Shown: positions 62,291 to 64,000 of the stretch, piece after piece | Position numbering within the stretch: the stretch's first letter is position 1 | Layout of the letters: each line of letters starts with the position of its first letter | Origin: Bugula neritina | Lineage: Eukaryota; Animalia; Bryozoa | Length of the DNA: 64,000 nt | Reading direction: 5' to 3' | Assembly: GCA_964035545.1 (NCBI GenBank) | Contig: OZ037765.1 | Span: 558,001-622,000 of the forward strand | Notes under the pieces: model-generated | The model's database searches: none | What the model was told of the DNA's origin: nothing | Seen by the model: only the letters and a program-made list of their open reading frames with translations | Translations under genes and position numbers: made by a program

Positions 62291-63167
62291 ACTGCTATTC
62301 ATGGAGACATCATTAGGCATCGAAAATCATCATTTCTCCCTTTTAAATTTACTCATTGAAGTATATTATGACTTATTTCAGCACCACATTGCTAAACTAA
62401 CAAATATTGCTATGCACAAACTAAATTTCAGGCAATGTAGCAACAAAAGTGTACTGTTTAGAGGCCAGTAATAAGGATGTGGGTAATTAATCGTTTAGAA
62501 GTTATTACAACAGTATTTATATTATAACATTAGATGATAACAAATATTGTTATTGCAATATAATATTATTTTTTGTTTATTCTGTAATTCTATTTTAATC
62601 ACTTATTGCTTTCAGATTAGCACTTGAAAACAGAATTTAAAACTTTGAAAGGTTTAAGGAAATCTGTTACTTGCCTGTGTTGTAAAGCTGTGTCTTACCA
62701 CCGGTTTTTTTATATTATTTATAAACTTTTATACTTGTTATCCTTACTGCCAGTGTTCATGTACTAAGGCTGAAATTTGCTTTGCTGTTGCTTTTCATTT
62801 AATTTTGACTAATGTGTTGATCTAATCAATAAATATGTAATGCATTTGTTAGGTTATTAAAGTTATTATCATATGTACTTGAGGTACATGCTTCATAAAA
62901 TGATAATTAGTCATGAAATTACAAATACCAAAAGTAAAATAAACAAAATAATTGGTTCCTGCTTCACATTGCTGAATTTTCATTATTTTTTAGCATTTAC
63001 CTCAATTTATAAGCTCTAATAGCTTGCATTTATAATGGATTTTACTACTACTGCGTGCAAAACAAGTAGGCGTGGTTAAGTTTTCCATGTTAAGGCGGAG
63101 CTAAACTATTTGGCCACGCTAAAACGTCCTTGGCCTCTCCAGGTCTATTCCAGCTCAGTGAACTACT

Positions 63168-64000
63168 CACTGAGCTGGAATAGACCTGGAGAGGCCAAGG
63201 ACGTTTTAGCGTGGCCAAATAGTTTAGCTCCGCCTTAACATGGAAAACTTAACCACGCCTACTTGTTTTGCACGCAGTAGTAGTAAAATCCATTATAAAT
63301 GCAAGCTATTAGAGCTTATAAATTGAGGTAAATGCTAAAAAATAATGAAAATTCAGCAATGTGAAGCAGGAACCAATTATTTTGTTTATTTTACTTTTGG
63401 TATTTGTAATTTCATGACTAATTATCATTTTATGAAGCATGTACCTCAAGTACATATGATAATAACTTTAATAACCTAACAAATGCATTACATATTTATT
63501 GATTAGATCAACACATTAGTCAAAATTAAATGAAAAGCAACAGCAAAGCAAATTTCAGCCTTAGTACATGAACACTGGCAGTAAGGATAACAAGTATAAA
63601 AGTTTATAAATAATATAAAAAAACCGGTGGTAAGACACAGCTTTACAACACAGGCAAGTAACAGATTTCCTTAAACCTTTCAAAGTTTTAAATTCTGTTT
63701 TCAAGTGCTAATCTGAAAGCAATAAGTGATTAAAATAGAATTACAGAATAAACAAAAAATAATATTATATTGCAATAACAATATTTGTTATCATCTAATG
63801 TTATAATATAAATACTGTTGTAATAACTTCTAAACGATTAATTACCCACATCCTTATTACTGGCCTCTAAACAGTACACTTTTGTTGCTACATTGCCTGA
63901 AATTTAGTTTGTGCATAGCAATATTTGTTAGTTTAGCAATGTGGTGCTGAAATAAGTCATAATATACTTCAATGAGTAAATTTAAAAGGGAGAAATGATG
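63168..64000 (-). mobile_element. Second copy of the same P element in inverted orientation (3' end; truncated by the window edge)
   Basis: 63168-64000 is the reverse complement of 62328-63160 with no mismatch seen by eye. Confidence 0.85.

Larger units (their letters stand above)
59777..63160 (+). mobile_element. Non-autonomous (internally deleted) P-superfamily DNA transposon, 3384 bp, 8-bp TSD AACTACTC
   Basis: TSD at 59769-59776 and 63161-63168; termini CAATGAACT.../...AGCTCAGTG (7 of 9 inverted match); contains THAP and P-transposase exons. Confidence 0.88.

Overview
AT-rich genomic DNA from an invertebrate animal with compact, intron-rich genes, all reconstructed by hand from GT-AG boundaries. 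In order: 3' end of a cyclophilin (+), SLC35F5 (+), kynureninase KYNU (-), a DHHC palmitoyltransferase with an intronless CDS (-), a PRDM10/15-like PR-zinc-finger gene (+), NDUFV1 (-), TNFAIP8 (+), phosphorylase kinase gamma PHKG (-), and a defective intron-containing P-element (THAP9-type) transposon. Three architectures stand out. (1) The 5' region or first intron of nearly every gene has a 0.3-1.2 kb degenerate tract with a 6-bp period (W-N-T-N-A-N)n, which I did not see in internal introns. (2) A P-element family appears in three states: a 3384-bp element with an exact 8-bp TSD (59777-63160), an apparently identical inverted copy joined tail-to-tail 7 bp away (palindrome with arms of at least 834 bp), and a 37-bp excision-footprint-like remnant with its own 8-bp TSD 58 kb away (1356-1392). 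(3) Many internal introns are filled by gene-private minisatellites whose unit often contains the adjacent splice donor, acceptor or branch point. The long ORFs over these arrays are artefacts. No database searches were possible; protein identities rest on recognised motifs.
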